Assembly (NCBI GenBank): GCA_965223545.1
Contig: OZ245006.1
Location: 2,112,001 to 2,176,000, forward strand
Reading direction: 5' to 3'
Source of the DNA: Planctomycetota bacterium
GTDB lineage: Bacteria; Planctomycetota; UBA1135; UBA2386
Length of the DNA: 64,000 nt
Part shown: piece after piece, positions 48,580 through 57,650 of the stretch
How positions within the stretch are numbered: the first letter of the stretch is position 1
Layout of the letters: each line of letters opens with the position of its first letter
Translations under genes and position numbers: made by a program
The notes under the pieces: model-generated
What the model was told of the DNA's origin: nothing
Seen by the model: only the letters and a program-made list of their open reading frames with translations
Database searches by the model: none

Positions 48580-48780
48580 CTTGTTGTGGTGGGCCCGGCC
48601 CGAGGCGGCGATCAAACGAATCTGACCTGCGGGAGTGGGCACGGCGACGTGCCCCTCACCAGTGAAGGATGGCCAACTCGGACCCAGACTGGCTCTGGGG
48701 CAAACGTGCTCCAGTGGCTATTGGGGGCGTAGCTGCCGGGCCCCTCACACGTTCCCCGCCCCCTTCCTCAGCGGCTAGTT
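48580..48780 (-). ncRNA. Candidate IS110 bridge RNA (boundaries approximate)
   Basis: Hairpin-rich non-coding end with a 7-nt match to target+core (48689-48695) and an 8-nt match to donor+core (48622-48629). Confidence 0.6.
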
Positions 48781-48833
48781 TCCTGCCCTGAAGGGCCGAC
48801 AAAATCTGTCGGGGCAGGACTGGCTCCGTACCT

Positions 48834-51482
48834 TCAGAAGGGGCGGTAGAAGACGCGGAGCTCCTGGACCGACACGGATTGGGCCAGGCCGCGGTCGAAC
48901 AGGAGCTGGAAGCGCAGGACGGTGGCGTCGGCGGTGTCCAGCACCACTTCGCCGGCCGGGGCAAAGCCGCCGACATAGCGCAGCCATCCGCTCACGGTCG
49001 TCGGGTCGACGTTGCCGCCGGGGTCGTACTGGGCACCTTGGATCCACAGACGCACGGGCTGACCATCGGTCGCCAACACGCCCACAGTGGGATCGTCGCT
49101 GTAGGTGATCGGCACGCCATCGACGATCGCGTCCAGCTCGTAGCGCAAGAACTCCGGCGGGAACAGCTGCTGCGTGCCGATCCAGAGCGACTGCGATGCG
49201 ACGACGGGATCGCGGTCGACGAGCCCGGCGATGCTGGTGCCCGGGCCACTCGCCGGCGTCACGCTCCCGATCAACGACGCCGCGCCGCCGCCGGCGACCT
49301 CGACGCGCACCTGACCGCGACCGCCCGCTCCCCCGCGCGCCTCCATCGTGGCCGCCGGCGGGCCGAACGTCGTGCCCGCCGACCCGCCGGCGACGTCCAA
49401 CCCACCGTCCTGGTCGATGCGTTGGCCCACTTGCAACAGGATGCTGCCGCCCGAGCCGCCGCCGCCGGGCACCGCGTAGGCGTTGGTCGGCGCCAACACG
49501 CCGGCCATGCCGGTGGTGGAACCGCCGGAGGCGTCGATGGCACCCGTATCCGACACGCTCAGATCGCGGCCCGCGCGCACCGCGACCGCGCCGCCCCCGG
49601 CGGCACCACCGCCGCCCGACCGCCAGGAAACCAACGCCGCGATCGAGAAGAACGGGTGGCCGCCCGCGCCGCCGCCGCCCGCCCCGCCGACCACGAAGTG
49701 GTCCAACGAGCTCGACCCCGCCGGCCGCGGCAACAAAGAGAACTCGCGGCCGGCACGCCCGTCGGGGCCGGCTTCGGCCGGGTCGCCGTTGTGGGTCGCG
49801 ACGACCGTGCCGGCCTCTCCGGGCGCCATGAGCGCGCCCCCACCCCCACCCGCCGCGACCTGCGACGAGTACAACCCCGCCACCTGCGTGGTGACCACCG
49901 ACGCGTTGCGTCCATCGGCGGGAAACAACGCAGAACCCCGTCCGCCGCTGCCCGCGGCGCGCGCCGCATAGGCGTGGCCGGCCGACAAGACCGCGTCCCG
50001 CCCCCTCTCGCCGGAGAAGCGCGGCAGGGCGCCGAGTCCGTTGCATCGATCCGCGCCGGCCCCACCGCGTGCGCTCCCGGCCGCCCCACCCGCGGCGCCG
50101 CCATCGGCACCGGGCTGCCCGGTGACGGAGTCGCCGTCCGGCATCGGCCGCCCGACGCCCGACAGGTCCAGCACGCCGTCGATGACGGCGTTGCCGCTGA
50201 CCGAGATGCGCGCCGGGTGGGCTCCCACGAAGCGCACCGTCGTGCCCGCGCCGATGTGGAACTGGGAGAAACGGTAAACGCCATCGGTCACGCGCAGGTC
50301 GGTGCCGGTGCGCGTGCGAACGCGGGAGATCAGCGAGTCCTCGGTGTTCCACTCGTAGACCCCCGGCGCGATTTCGGTGCCGTCGGCCGGGTCGAACACG
50401 CCGTGGATCGCGTCGCCGCCAATGGCACCGGGCAGGGCTTCACCGTTGGCCCAGACCCCGGAAGACGCCCGGTGGTCCAGCTGCAAGTCGTTGTCGAAGG
50501 TCTCGACCAGCGCCACCTCCGCGCGCTGGGAGGGCGCCGTGACGAAGGAGAACACTTTCTCAGCGGCGGGCTTGCCGGACAGATCGACGACGCGCGGCGT
50601 CACCCGGACTTCGACACAGAGCCCACCGGGGACTTCCGAGTCGGGCCGGAAGCTGCCGACCGTCAGCTGACGCAAGGGGTCGTTGAACAGGTCCCAAGTG
50701 CCGGGCACCACGACGGGCGCCGAGGCCGGGTCGCACTGCACACCGCCGCCCGGGGCCGGGCGAGTGTCGCGCACCGTGACCGCCACCGGCTGCGCGCGGT
50801 TGCTCGACGTGATGAACGGAGCCTGGTCGATCACCTCGGAAAACTCGAGCACGATCGGGGTCAGCGGATCGACGCCGGTCGCCAACACCGGCGACAGCAG
50901 CTCGGCACTCGGCGGCTGGCCGTCGAAATCGACGACGCCAAGGGTGACGCTCAACGAGCACCGATAGTCCTCGAGCAACGGATCGCCCGCCGTCGAGCGC
51001 AAGACGCCGACCTGATTGCCGCCACGCACGTAGAGCTGATAGGTCTCCGCCGGACGAAAGCCGAAGAAGCTCTGGGAACCCACGACGCGGATCTCGGGCA
51101 CGAACATCACCGTCGGGCCATTGGTCAGCAACTGACCCACCGGCTCCTCACCGGTCGTCGTGCGCAGCGAAACCGTCGCCGACGACACCGTCGCGGGATC
51201 GACATCCTGACTGAACACCAGCACGATCGGCTGGTTCTGCGCAATCTGGTTGATGCCGCATCCGGCCTGCGTGCAGCCCAGGTTGCACGACTGCAAACAC
51301 AGAGCCGGCCCCGCGGCCGAGGGGGCCGTGCACGACGACTGCAACACCGGTCCAGCACTGCCGCCGCCAGAGCACCCGACACCACCGAGCGCCATCGTGA
51401 CTCCGAGGAGCCCGGCCAAGGAGCGGCCGGCCCGAAGGGCAGGGCGGGACTCGACCACGCGATCAGGGGAGCGCTCGGGCAT
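48834..51482 (-). CDS. Large putative lipoprotein with Ig-like (Big_5/SbsA) domains and Gly-rich repeats; start uncertain
   Basis: Lipobox-like LGGVGC; IVLVFSQDVDPATV and IVLEFSEVID...VVDLSG domains; GGAGGGG / GGGGSGGSI repeats. Confidence 0.75.
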   Translation of the reverse strand: MPERSPDRVVESRPALRAGRSLAGLLGVTMALGGVGCSGGGSAGPVLQSSCTAPSAAGPALCLQSCNLGCTQAGCGINQIAQNQPIVLVFSQDVDPATVSSATVSLRTTTGEEPVGQLLTNGPTVMFVPEIRVVGSQSFFGFRPAETYQLYVRGGNQVGVLRSTAGDPLLEDYRCSLSVTLGVVDFDGQPPSAELLSPVLATGVDPLTPIVLEFSEVIDQAPFITSSNRAQPVAVTVRDTRPAPGGGVQCDPASAPVVVPGTWDLFNDPLRQLTVGSFRPDSEVPGGLCVEVRVTPRVVDLSGKPAAEKVFSFVTAPSQRAEVALVETFDNDLQLDHRASSGVWANGEALPGAIGGDAIHGVFDPADGTEIAPGVYEWNTEDSLISRVRTRTGTDLRVTDGVYRFSQFHIGAGTTVRFVGAHPARISVSGNAVIDGVLDLSGVGRPMPDGDSVTGQPGADGGAAGGAAGSARGGAGADRCNGLGALPRFSGERGRDAVLSAGHAYAARAAGSGGRGSALFPADGRNASVVTTQVAGLYSSQVAAGGGGGALMAPGEAGTVVATHNGDPAEAGPDGRAGREFSLLPRPAGSSSLDHFVVGGAGGGGAGGHPFFSIAALVSWRSGGGGAAGGGAVAVRAGRDLSVSDTGAIDASGGSTTGMAGVLAPTNAYAVPGGGGSGGSILLQVGQRIDQDGGLDVAGGSAGTTFGPPAATMEARGGAGGRGQVRVEVAGGGAASLIGSVTPASGPGTSIAGLVDRDPVVASQSLWIGTQQLFPPEFLRYELDAIVDGVPITYSDDPTVGVLATDGQPVRLWIQGAQYDPGGNVDPTTVSGWLRYVGGFAPAGEVVLDTADATVLRFQLLFDRGLAQSVSVQELRVFYRPF

Positions 51483-51616
51483 GAGAACCTGGGACCGGAT
51501 CGGCACCATCGCCAAGGAGGCGAGCACCGGAGACATTGCTGGAGGACCGGGAAACCCCGATTGTAGTCCCGCTGCGGCCCGATCTGGGGGGGCAACTTCA
51601 GCCCGACCGAGCCCCG

Positions 51617-52216
51617 CTACATCGAACGCCGCAGTTCGACCACGACACCGAGGATCTGAAGCACCGCCGGGTCCGGAACGATCGGCGCGAAGCGGGAGTT
51701 CTCGGGGTGCAACTCCACCCGGCGGCCCCGGCGCCGCAGCGTCTTCACCGTCGCCTCGTCCCCGACCATGGCGACCACCACCTGGCCACTCTGCGCTTCG
51801 GACTGCCGCCGCACCACCACGACGTCACCGTCGAGGATGGACAAGCCGATCATGCTGTCGCCGCGCACTCGCAGGGCGAAGAACGCCTCGCCCGGCAAGC
51901 GCGCATCGATCGCGACAAACCCGTCTGGCGCCTCGATCGCCGCCTGCAGATCGCCAGCCGGCACATCGCCCAAGACCGGCACCAGCCGGGGCGGAACGCC
52001 CGCCGCCCCCGGCAGCCGATAGCCGCGCGCGCCGGCCGCCTGCTCGAGCCGCCCAGCGGCGACCAACGCCGCCAGGTGTTTGCGCGCCGACTCCACCGCG
52101 CGAAAGCCCAATGCCTGCTGTACTTCGCGAACCGTTGGCGGAGCGCCCGCCGCCAAACGGTCGCGGACGTAGGTGAAGACTCTCTCTCGGTTGAGGCCGG
52201 GGGGAGAGTACGCCAT
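51617..52216 (-). CDS. lexA: LexA repressor
   Basis: PPTVREV winged HTH, VPAG cleavage site, GDSM serine, ATVK lysine, LHPEN. Confidence 0.94.
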   Translation of the reverse strand: MAYSPPGLNRERVFTYVRDRLAAGAPPTVREVQQALGFRAVESARKHLAALVAAGRLEQAAGARGYRLPGAAGVPPRLVPVLGDVPAGDLQAAIEAPDGFVAIDARLPGEAFFALRVRGDSMIGLSILDGDVVVVRRQSEAQSGQVVVAMVGDEATVKTLRRRGRRVELHPENSRFAPIVPDPAVLQILGVVVELRRSM

Positions 52217-52224
52217 CGGCCGAG

Positions 52225-52253
52225 AGTATGTCAGACATTTGTCTTCCGGCCAA
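52225..52253 (-). promoter_or_regulatory. lexA promoter with putative LexA box in the spacer
   Basis: TTGGCC(52253-52248)-N17-CATACT(52230-52225); AGACA-TT-TGTCT at 52233-52244. Confidence 0.82.
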
Positions 52254-52316
52254 GCTTCGCGCGGCGTTTCGACAGCTCGCCCGCCGGGGCGCGACGGCCA
52301 CACCCCCGCGGTTCGC

Positions 52317-54941
52317 CTACTGCACTTCGGCCGGAGCTCGCTGGCGCAAGCGCAGCTCCCCGTCTTCGACCTCGACGAGCAAGGTGGTGCCGTCGCCCAC
52401 CTCGCCGGCGATCAAGGCGCGACCGATGCGCGTCTCGAGCTCGCGCTGCAAGAACCGCTTCAGCGGCCGCGCGCCGTAGACCGGGTCGTAGCCGCGGTTG
52501 GCGATGAACGTCCGCGCCCCGTCGGTGAGCTCCAAGCCGAGGCCGCGATCTTCCAGCCGGCCGCGCAGCTGCGCCACCAGGAGGTCGACGATCTGCTCGA
52601 TCTCACTGCGCTGCAGCGGTCGGAACAGCACCGTTTCGTCGATGCGGTTGAGGAACTCCGGGCGGAACGCGCGCCGCAGCTCGGTCATCACCGCGCCCCG
52701 CGCCTGCTCGTCGATCTCGCCGTCCGCCGAGATTCCCTCGAGGAGGTGCGCCGCGCCCAAGTTGCTGGTCATGATCAGCACCGTGTTCTTGAAGTCCACG
52801 GTGTGGCCCTGGCTGTCGGTCACGCGGCCGTCGTCGAGAATCTGCAGCAGCACGTGGAACACGTCGGGGTGCGCCTTCTCGATCTCGTCGAACAAGACGA
52901 CCGAGTACGGCCGGCGGCGGATCGCTTCGGTCAGCTGCCCGCCTTCGTCGTAGCCGACGTAGCCGGGCGGAGCGCCGATCAGCCGCGACACCGAGTGCTT
53001 CTCCATGTACTCCGACATGTCGATGCGAACGATGTTGTCCTCGCTGTCGAACAGAGCCTCCGCCAGCGCGCGCGCGAGCTCGGTCTTGCCGACACCGGTC
53101 GGTCCGAGGAACAGGAACGAACCGATCGGGCGGCGCGGGTCCTTGATGCCCGCCCGGCTGCGGATCACCGCGTCGGCGACCAGCTGCACGGCCTCGTCCT
53201 GTCCGACGACCCGCTGGTGCAAGATTCCGTCGAGGTGCAGCAGCTTCTCGCGCTCGCCTTCGACCAGCCGCGCCACCGGCACGCCCGTCCAACGGCTGAT
53301 GATCTCGGCGATCTCCTGGTCGGTGACCTCTTCGCGCAGCAGCGCGTCGCCGGTATCGCGCTCGGCGAGCTTGGCCTCCTCGTAGGCGAGCAGCTTCTCG
53401 GCCTCGGGAAGCTTGCCGTGCTTGATCTCCGCGGCGCGGTTCAAGTCGTAGGCGCGCTCCGCCGCCGCCATCTCGCGGCGCAGCTCCTCGATCCGCTCGC
53501 GCAGATCGCGCACCGTCTGGATCGCCGCCTTCTCGGCCTCGTAGCGTGCGCGCTGGGCGTCGGCCTGCGCGCGCAGGTCGGCGAGCTCGCGGCGCAAGTC
53601 CTCGAGCCGCTGCCGGCTGGCCTTGTCCTTCTCCTTTGCCAACGCCGCTTCCTCGATCTCCAGCTGCATCACACGGCGGGTCGAGGCGTCGAGCTCCGCC
53701 GGCATCGAGTCGATCTCGGTGCGGATCATCGCGCACGCCTCGTCGACCAGATCGATCGCCTTGTCCGGCAAGAACCGATCGGTGATGTAGCGGTGGGACA
53801 GGGTGGCGGCCGCCACCAGCGCGTTGTCCTGGATGCGCACTCCGTGGTGCACTTCGTAGCGCTCCTGGAGCCCGCGCAGGATCGAGATCGTGTCCTCGAC
53901 GGTCGGCTGCTCGACCATCACCGGCTGAAAGCGACGCTCGAGCGCGGCGTCCTTCTCGACGTACTTGCGGTACTCGTCGAGGGTGGTCGCGCCGATGCAG
54001 TGCAGCTCGCCCCGGGCCAACATCGGCTTCAGCAGATTGCCGGCGTCCATCGCGCCGTCCGCCTTGCCGGCGCCGACGATGGTGTGCATCTCGTCGATGA
54101 ACAGCACGATCCGTCCCTCGGCGTCGCGGACTTCGTTGAGCACCGCCTTGAGCCGTTCCTCGAACTCGCCGCGGTACTTGGCGCCCGCGACCAGCGCACC
54201 GAGATCCAGCGCGAACACCGTGCGATCGCGCAGCGAGTCCGGCACGTCACCCCGCACGATGCGCTGCGCCAGTCCCTCGGCGATCGCGGTCTTGCCCACT
54301 CCGGGCTCGCCGATCAACACCGGGTTGTTCTTCGTCTTGCGGCTGAGGATGCGAATCACCCGACGGATCTCTTCGTCGCGGCCGATGACCGGATCGAGGG
54401 CGCCGTCGCGCGCCGCCTTGACCAGGTCCCGCCCGTAGCGGCCGAGCGCCTCGTAGGTGGCCTCCGGATTCGCGCTCTGCACGCGCTGGCTCCCGCGCAC
54501 TTCCTTCAGGGCGTGCAGGAACCCGTCCGGTGACACCCCGTGCTTCTGCAGCAGTACTCCGACCGGCGTGCCGCTGCTGACGCCCAAGATCGCCAACACC
54601 AGGTGCTCGACCGACACGTACTCGTCCTTCATCCGCTGTGCCTGCCGCTCGGCGTCGACCAGCACCTTGGAGAGCGCTTGCGAGACGTAGATCTTGCCGG
54701 CCTCGTAGCCCGGACCGGACATGCTGGGCCGCTTGCGCAGCTCGGCCTCGAGCTCCCGGACCATCGCGTCCGGGGCAACGTCCATCTTGGCCAACAAGCG
54801 CGGCACCAGACCATCGCCTTGCTCGAGCAGGGCTGCGAGCAGATGCGGCAGATCCACCTCTTGGTGGCCGAAGGTGACGGCCTTGTTCTGCGCGGCGGCC
54901 ATCGCTTCCTGCGACTTCTGGGTGAGCTTGTTCATGTCCAT
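52317..54941 (-). CDS. clpB: ATP-dependent chaperone ClpB
   Basis: GEPGVGKT and GPTGVGKT Walker A motifs, long coiled-coil M domain, [14 protein letters not shown]. Confidence 0.97.
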   Translation of the reverse strand: MDMNKLTQKSQEAMAAAQNKAVTFGHQEVDLPHLLAALLEQGDGLVPRLLAKMDVAPDAMVRELEAELRKRPSMSGPGYEAGKIYVSQALSKVLVDAERQAQRMKDEYVSVEHLVLAILGVSSGTPVGVLLQKHGVSPDGFLHALKEVRGSQRVQSANPEATYEALGRYGRDLVKAARDGALDPVIGRDEEIRRVIRILSRKTKNNPVLIGEPGVGKTAIAEGLAQRIVRGDVPDSLRDRTVFALDLGALVAGAKYRGEFEERLKAVLNEVRDAEGRIVLFIDEMHTIVGAGKADGAMDAGNLLKPMLARGELHCIGATTLDEYRKYVEKDAALERRFQPVMVEQPTVEDTISILRGLQERYEVHHGVRIQDNALVAAATLSHRYITDRFLPDKAIDLVDEACAMIRTEIDSMPAELDASTRRVMQLEIEEAALAKEKDKASRQRLEDLRRELADLRAQADAQRARYEAEKAAIQTVRDLRERIEELRREMAAAERAYDLNRAAEIKHGKLPEAEKLLAYEEAKLAERDTGDALLREEVTDQEIAEIISRWTGVPVARLVEGEREKLLHLDGILHQRVVGQDEAVQLVADAVIRSRAGIKDPRRPIGSFLFLGPTGVGKTELARALAEALFDSEDNIVRIDMSEYMEKHSVSRLIGAPPGYVGYDEGGQLTEAIRRRPYSVVLFDEIEKAHPDVFHVLLQILDDGRVTDSQGHTVDFKNTVLIMTSNLGAAHLLEGISADGEIDEQARGAVMTELRRAFRPEFLNRIDETVLFRPLQRSEIEQIVDLLVAQLRGRLEDRGLGLELTDGARTFIANRGYDPVYGARPLKRFLQRELETRIGRALIAGEVGDGTTLLVEVEDGELRLRQRAPAEVQ

Positions 54942-55089
54942 GTGTGGGCCCTCAATCCTGAGACGGTTGCGTGTCGCTGCACCACCCAACACATCCCGTG
55001 CCGCGCGAATGAAGACCTCAAGCCACTGCTAATACGTGACTTATGGCGTCGGTGGAACCTCGAAACGGGGCCCGGATTACGCCAAAATG

Positions 55090-56535
55090 TCAGACTTTGA
55101 TCTCTGCTGACAATTCGGCAGTGTCCGCGCTTGCCCGCAGCCGGGGCTCGACCTGTTCGACCAAGAACGCCTCGACCTGCGCCGCGGCGCAGCCGACAAA
55201 GCGCTCGGCAGCCACCAGCTCCGGCAACCGGTCTCGCAGCGGAGCAAACGCCTCGTCGGCTGCGATCCGCTCCAACAGCGTGTTGGCAGCGCCCTCTTCC
55301 TGAATCGCCGCGACCGCCGCCATGCTGTGCACGCGGATCCGTTCGTGCAGGTGCTGGCGGTCCCCGCCCGCGCGCACGCCCGCCATCAGAATCTCTTCCG
55401 CCGCCAGGAACGGCAGGGACTCGGCCAGCTTGCGCTCGATGACCTTGGGGTAGACCTGCAGGCCACGGGCGACGTTCTCCACCAGCAGCAAGATCGCATC
55501 GACGGCGAGGAAGCTCTCCGGGATCGCGATGCGGCGGACGGCGGAATCGTCGAGGGTCCGCTCGAGCCACTGGCTCGCCGCGGTCTGGGCGCTGGTGTCC
55601 GCCGCCGCCAAGACGTATCGAGCCAGCGAGCCGATCCGCTCGCTGCGCATCGGATTGCGCTTGTACGGCATTGCCGAAGAGCCGATCTGCCGGGTTTCCC
55701 GCGGCTCGCCGAGCTCTCCCTCATGCGACAGCAAGCGGACGTCGTTGGCGAACTTCGCCGCCGATTGGGCGACTCCGGACAGCGCGGCGTGGACGGTCCA
55801 ATCGAGCTTGCGCGTGTAGGTCTGCCCGCAGACCGGCAACCGGCGCTCGAAGTCGAACGCCCGCGCCACCTGTCGGTCGAGTTCTTCGACGCGGTCTCGG
55901 TCACCATCGAACAGGGCCAAGAAGGACGCCTGGGTGCCGGTGGTGCCCTTGACGCCACGGAACGGCAGCCACGCCGCCACTCGCTCGACCTCGTCCAAGT
56001 CGAGGAGAAGGTCGTGCAGCCAAAGGCTGGCCCGCTTGCCGACGGTGACCGGCTGTGCCACCTGAAAATGGGTGTAGCCGAGGCACGGGAGCGCGCGGTG
56101 AGTGTTGGCGAACTCCGCCAACGGCGCGATCGCGCGCCGCAGACGCGCCGCGACCAGCCGCAGCGCGGAGCGGTAGATCACCAAATCGGCGTTGTCGGTG
56201 ACGTAGCAGCTGGTCGCGCCGAGGTGGAGGATGGCCTTCGCCTCGGGCACCAGCTCACCGTAGTGGTGCACGTGCGCCATCACGTCGTGGCGCAGCTCGC
56301 GCTCCAACTCGGCGACGCGCTCCCAGTCGAACTCATCGCGCCGCGCGCGCAAGCCCGCGACCTGCGCCTTGCTGATCGGCAACCCCAGCTCACCCTGCGC
56401 TTCGGCCAAGGCGATCCAGAGGTCGCGCCACGTGCCGTGGCGCGTGCGCGCCGAGAACAGCCGCGACATCTCGGCGCTGGCGTAGCGCTCGGTCAGCGGG
56501 TTCTGGAACCGATCGGCGGCGTCGGAGCTGTGCAT
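55090..56535 (-). CDS. purB: Adenylosuccinate lyase
   Basis: RHDVMAH, HLGATS, THFQ, SSAMPYKRNP, ERTLDDS. Confidence 0.96.
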   Translation of the reverse strand: MHSSDAADRFQNPLTERYASAEMSRLFSARTRHGTWRDLWIALAEAQGELGLPISKAQVAGLRARRDEFDWERVAELERELRHDVMAHVHHYGELVPEAKAILHLGATSCYVTDNADLVIYRSALRLVAARLRRAIAPLAEFANTHRALPCLGYTHFQVAQPVTVGKRASLWLHDLLLDLDEVERVAAWLPFRGVKGTTGTQASFLALFDGDRDRVEELDRQVARAFDFERRLPVCGQTYTRKLDWTVHAALSGVAQSAAKFANDVRLLSHEGELGEPRETRQIGSSAMPYKRNPMRSERIGSLARYVLAAADTSAQTAASQWLERTLDDSAVRRIAIPESFLAVDAILLLVENVARGLQVYPKVIERKLAESLPFLAAEEILMAGVRAGGDRQHLHERIRVHSMAAVAAIQEEGAANTLLERIAADEAFAPLRDRLPELVAAERFVGCAAAQVEAFLVEQVEPRLRASADTAELSAEIKV

Positions 56536-56618
56536 CTGGGCTGCGCTCGAGGTCGAGCGCATCCCAACGGTAGCGCATGCGCTGGCCTATGGCCATCGCG
56601 GCGCGGTGCCCGACTCAC

Positions 56619-57047
56619 TCAGCAGTCGGCCAGCACGCGGCGCGCGACGCGCTTGTAGTAGCCCGGGTGCCACACGCGCTTGCAGTAGCCAGCGGCGACC
56701 AGCACCGTGTACGGCCGCCCACAGGAGTCGTAGCGGGTCTCGTAGCGCGGCGGCACCGACACGTCCTCCCAGTAGCCCGGCACCCACACGCGTTCGTACA
56801 CCGTGCGGTAGGCGTGCACGACGGGTCGGAAGTGGCGGTGCGGTGTGGCGTGGCGGTGGGAGCGGTACCCGCGCCGCAGGCCCGACTGCCGCGGGACGCG
56901 ATAGTGCGTGGCTGCCAGCCCGTGGACACGGTGCGCGGCGTGCGCGCGGCTGACGCCGCGCTCGTGAGCTCCCCGCCGCGCTTGCGCAGTCGAAACCGCA
57001 GACAACGCGAGCAGAGAGACGATCAGCATCAGGGTGGTTCTCAACAT
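56619..57047 (-). CDS. Small secreted His/Arg-rich protein with VWxPGY repeats
   Basis: Signal peptide; RVWVPGYW and RVWHPGYY. Confidence 0.75.
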   Translation of the reverse strand: MLRTTLMLIVSLLALSAVSTAQARRGAHERGVSRAHAAHRVHGLAATHYRVPRQSGLRRGYRSHRHATPHRHFRPVVHAYRTVYERVWVPGYWEDVSVPPRYETRYDSCGRPYTVLVAAGYCKRVWHPGYYKRVARRVLADC

Positions 57048-57061
57048 GACCCCCGACATGG

Positions 57062-57077
57062 AGCGAACGGCGTGCCA
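57062..57077 (-). promoter_or_regulatory. Putative sigma-54 (-24/-12) promoter
   Basis: TGGCACG-CCGT-TCGCT with GG-N10-GC spacing, 14 nt upstream of ATG 57047. Confidence 0.6.
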
Positions 57078-57194
57078 AGCGCCGAAACGGCCGTGAGAGG
57101 GCGTACACGGGCTGTTCGGCGGCACCGACCCGCCGGGTTGTACGCTCCGCGAGACACCGGTGACCCCACCGAGCGTCGCGCCACCAGACCGCGA

Positions 57195-57650
57195 TCAGAC
57201 GCCGGCGATGCGACCGGTCAGGCGCAGGCCACCGGTGTTCGAGACCGCCACCTGCAGGTCCTCGATCGCGGCGGCGATCAGAAACAGGCCGCGACCGCGG
57301 GGGCTGTCCACCGGCGGCGGAGTCCCGTTGCGCGACGCCGACAGCCGGCCCTCGATCTCCCGCACGATGTCGCCCGGCACTTCCGGGTCTTCGAACAGGA
57401 GTCGAACCTCGTCGCGCTCCAGTGCGATCGCCAGCCGCAAGCGCGCATCGCCCGCCCGGTAGTCCCCACCGTGGTCGATGGCGTTGTTGACCAACTCGTC
57501 GATCACCAGCACGACCGAGTCGACCAAGTCCTCGTCGGCTCCCAACCACTCGAGCCGCGAGCGCACCGCGCCGCGCACCAGACCCAGGGTCTGCCGTCGC
57601 GCCGGGAACTCCAGCTCGAACCGCGCGCCCGCCGGCATGGGCAGGCTCAC
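57195..57650 (-). CDS. RsbW-like anti-sigma factor / HATPase_c_2 protein
   Basis: LVIDELVNNAIDHG, GRGLFLI; GTGA overlap with nadC. Confidence 0.85.
   Translation of the reverse strand: MSLPMPAGARFELEFPARRQTLGLVRGAVRSRLEWLGADEDLVDSVVLVIDELVNNAIDHGGDYRAGDARLRLAIALERDEVRLLFEDPEVPGDIVREIEGRLSASRNGTPPPVDSPRGRGLFLIAAAIEDLQVAVSNTGGLRLTGRIAGV

Larger units (their letters stand above)
47174..48822 (-). mobile_element. IS110-family insertion sequence, about 1.65 kb
   Basis: CTG at both junctions (47174-47176, 48820-48822); flanks rejoin into the palindrome seen intact at 47124-47146; no terminal inverted repeats; about 250-bp upstream non-coding end. Confidence 0.92.

Noticed and set aside
48796..48812. 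CCGACA-N5-TGTCGG as a fourth SOS box
   Set aside because: Spacer is 5 rather than 2; better explained as part of the IS end hairpin
47164..48832. GGTACGGAGC / GCTCCGTACC as terminal inverted repeats of the IS
   Set aside because: The same arms occur joined without the IS at 47124-47146, so they belong to the target
48879..54533. Long plus-strand ORFs 48879-51566 and 52173-54533
   Set aside because: Antisense to the lipoprotein gene and clpB
54942..55089. CIRCE, HAIR or sigma-54 element upstream of clpB
   Set aside because: No TTAGCACTC-N9-GAGTGCTAA; the CGGCACG candidate lacks the -12 GC
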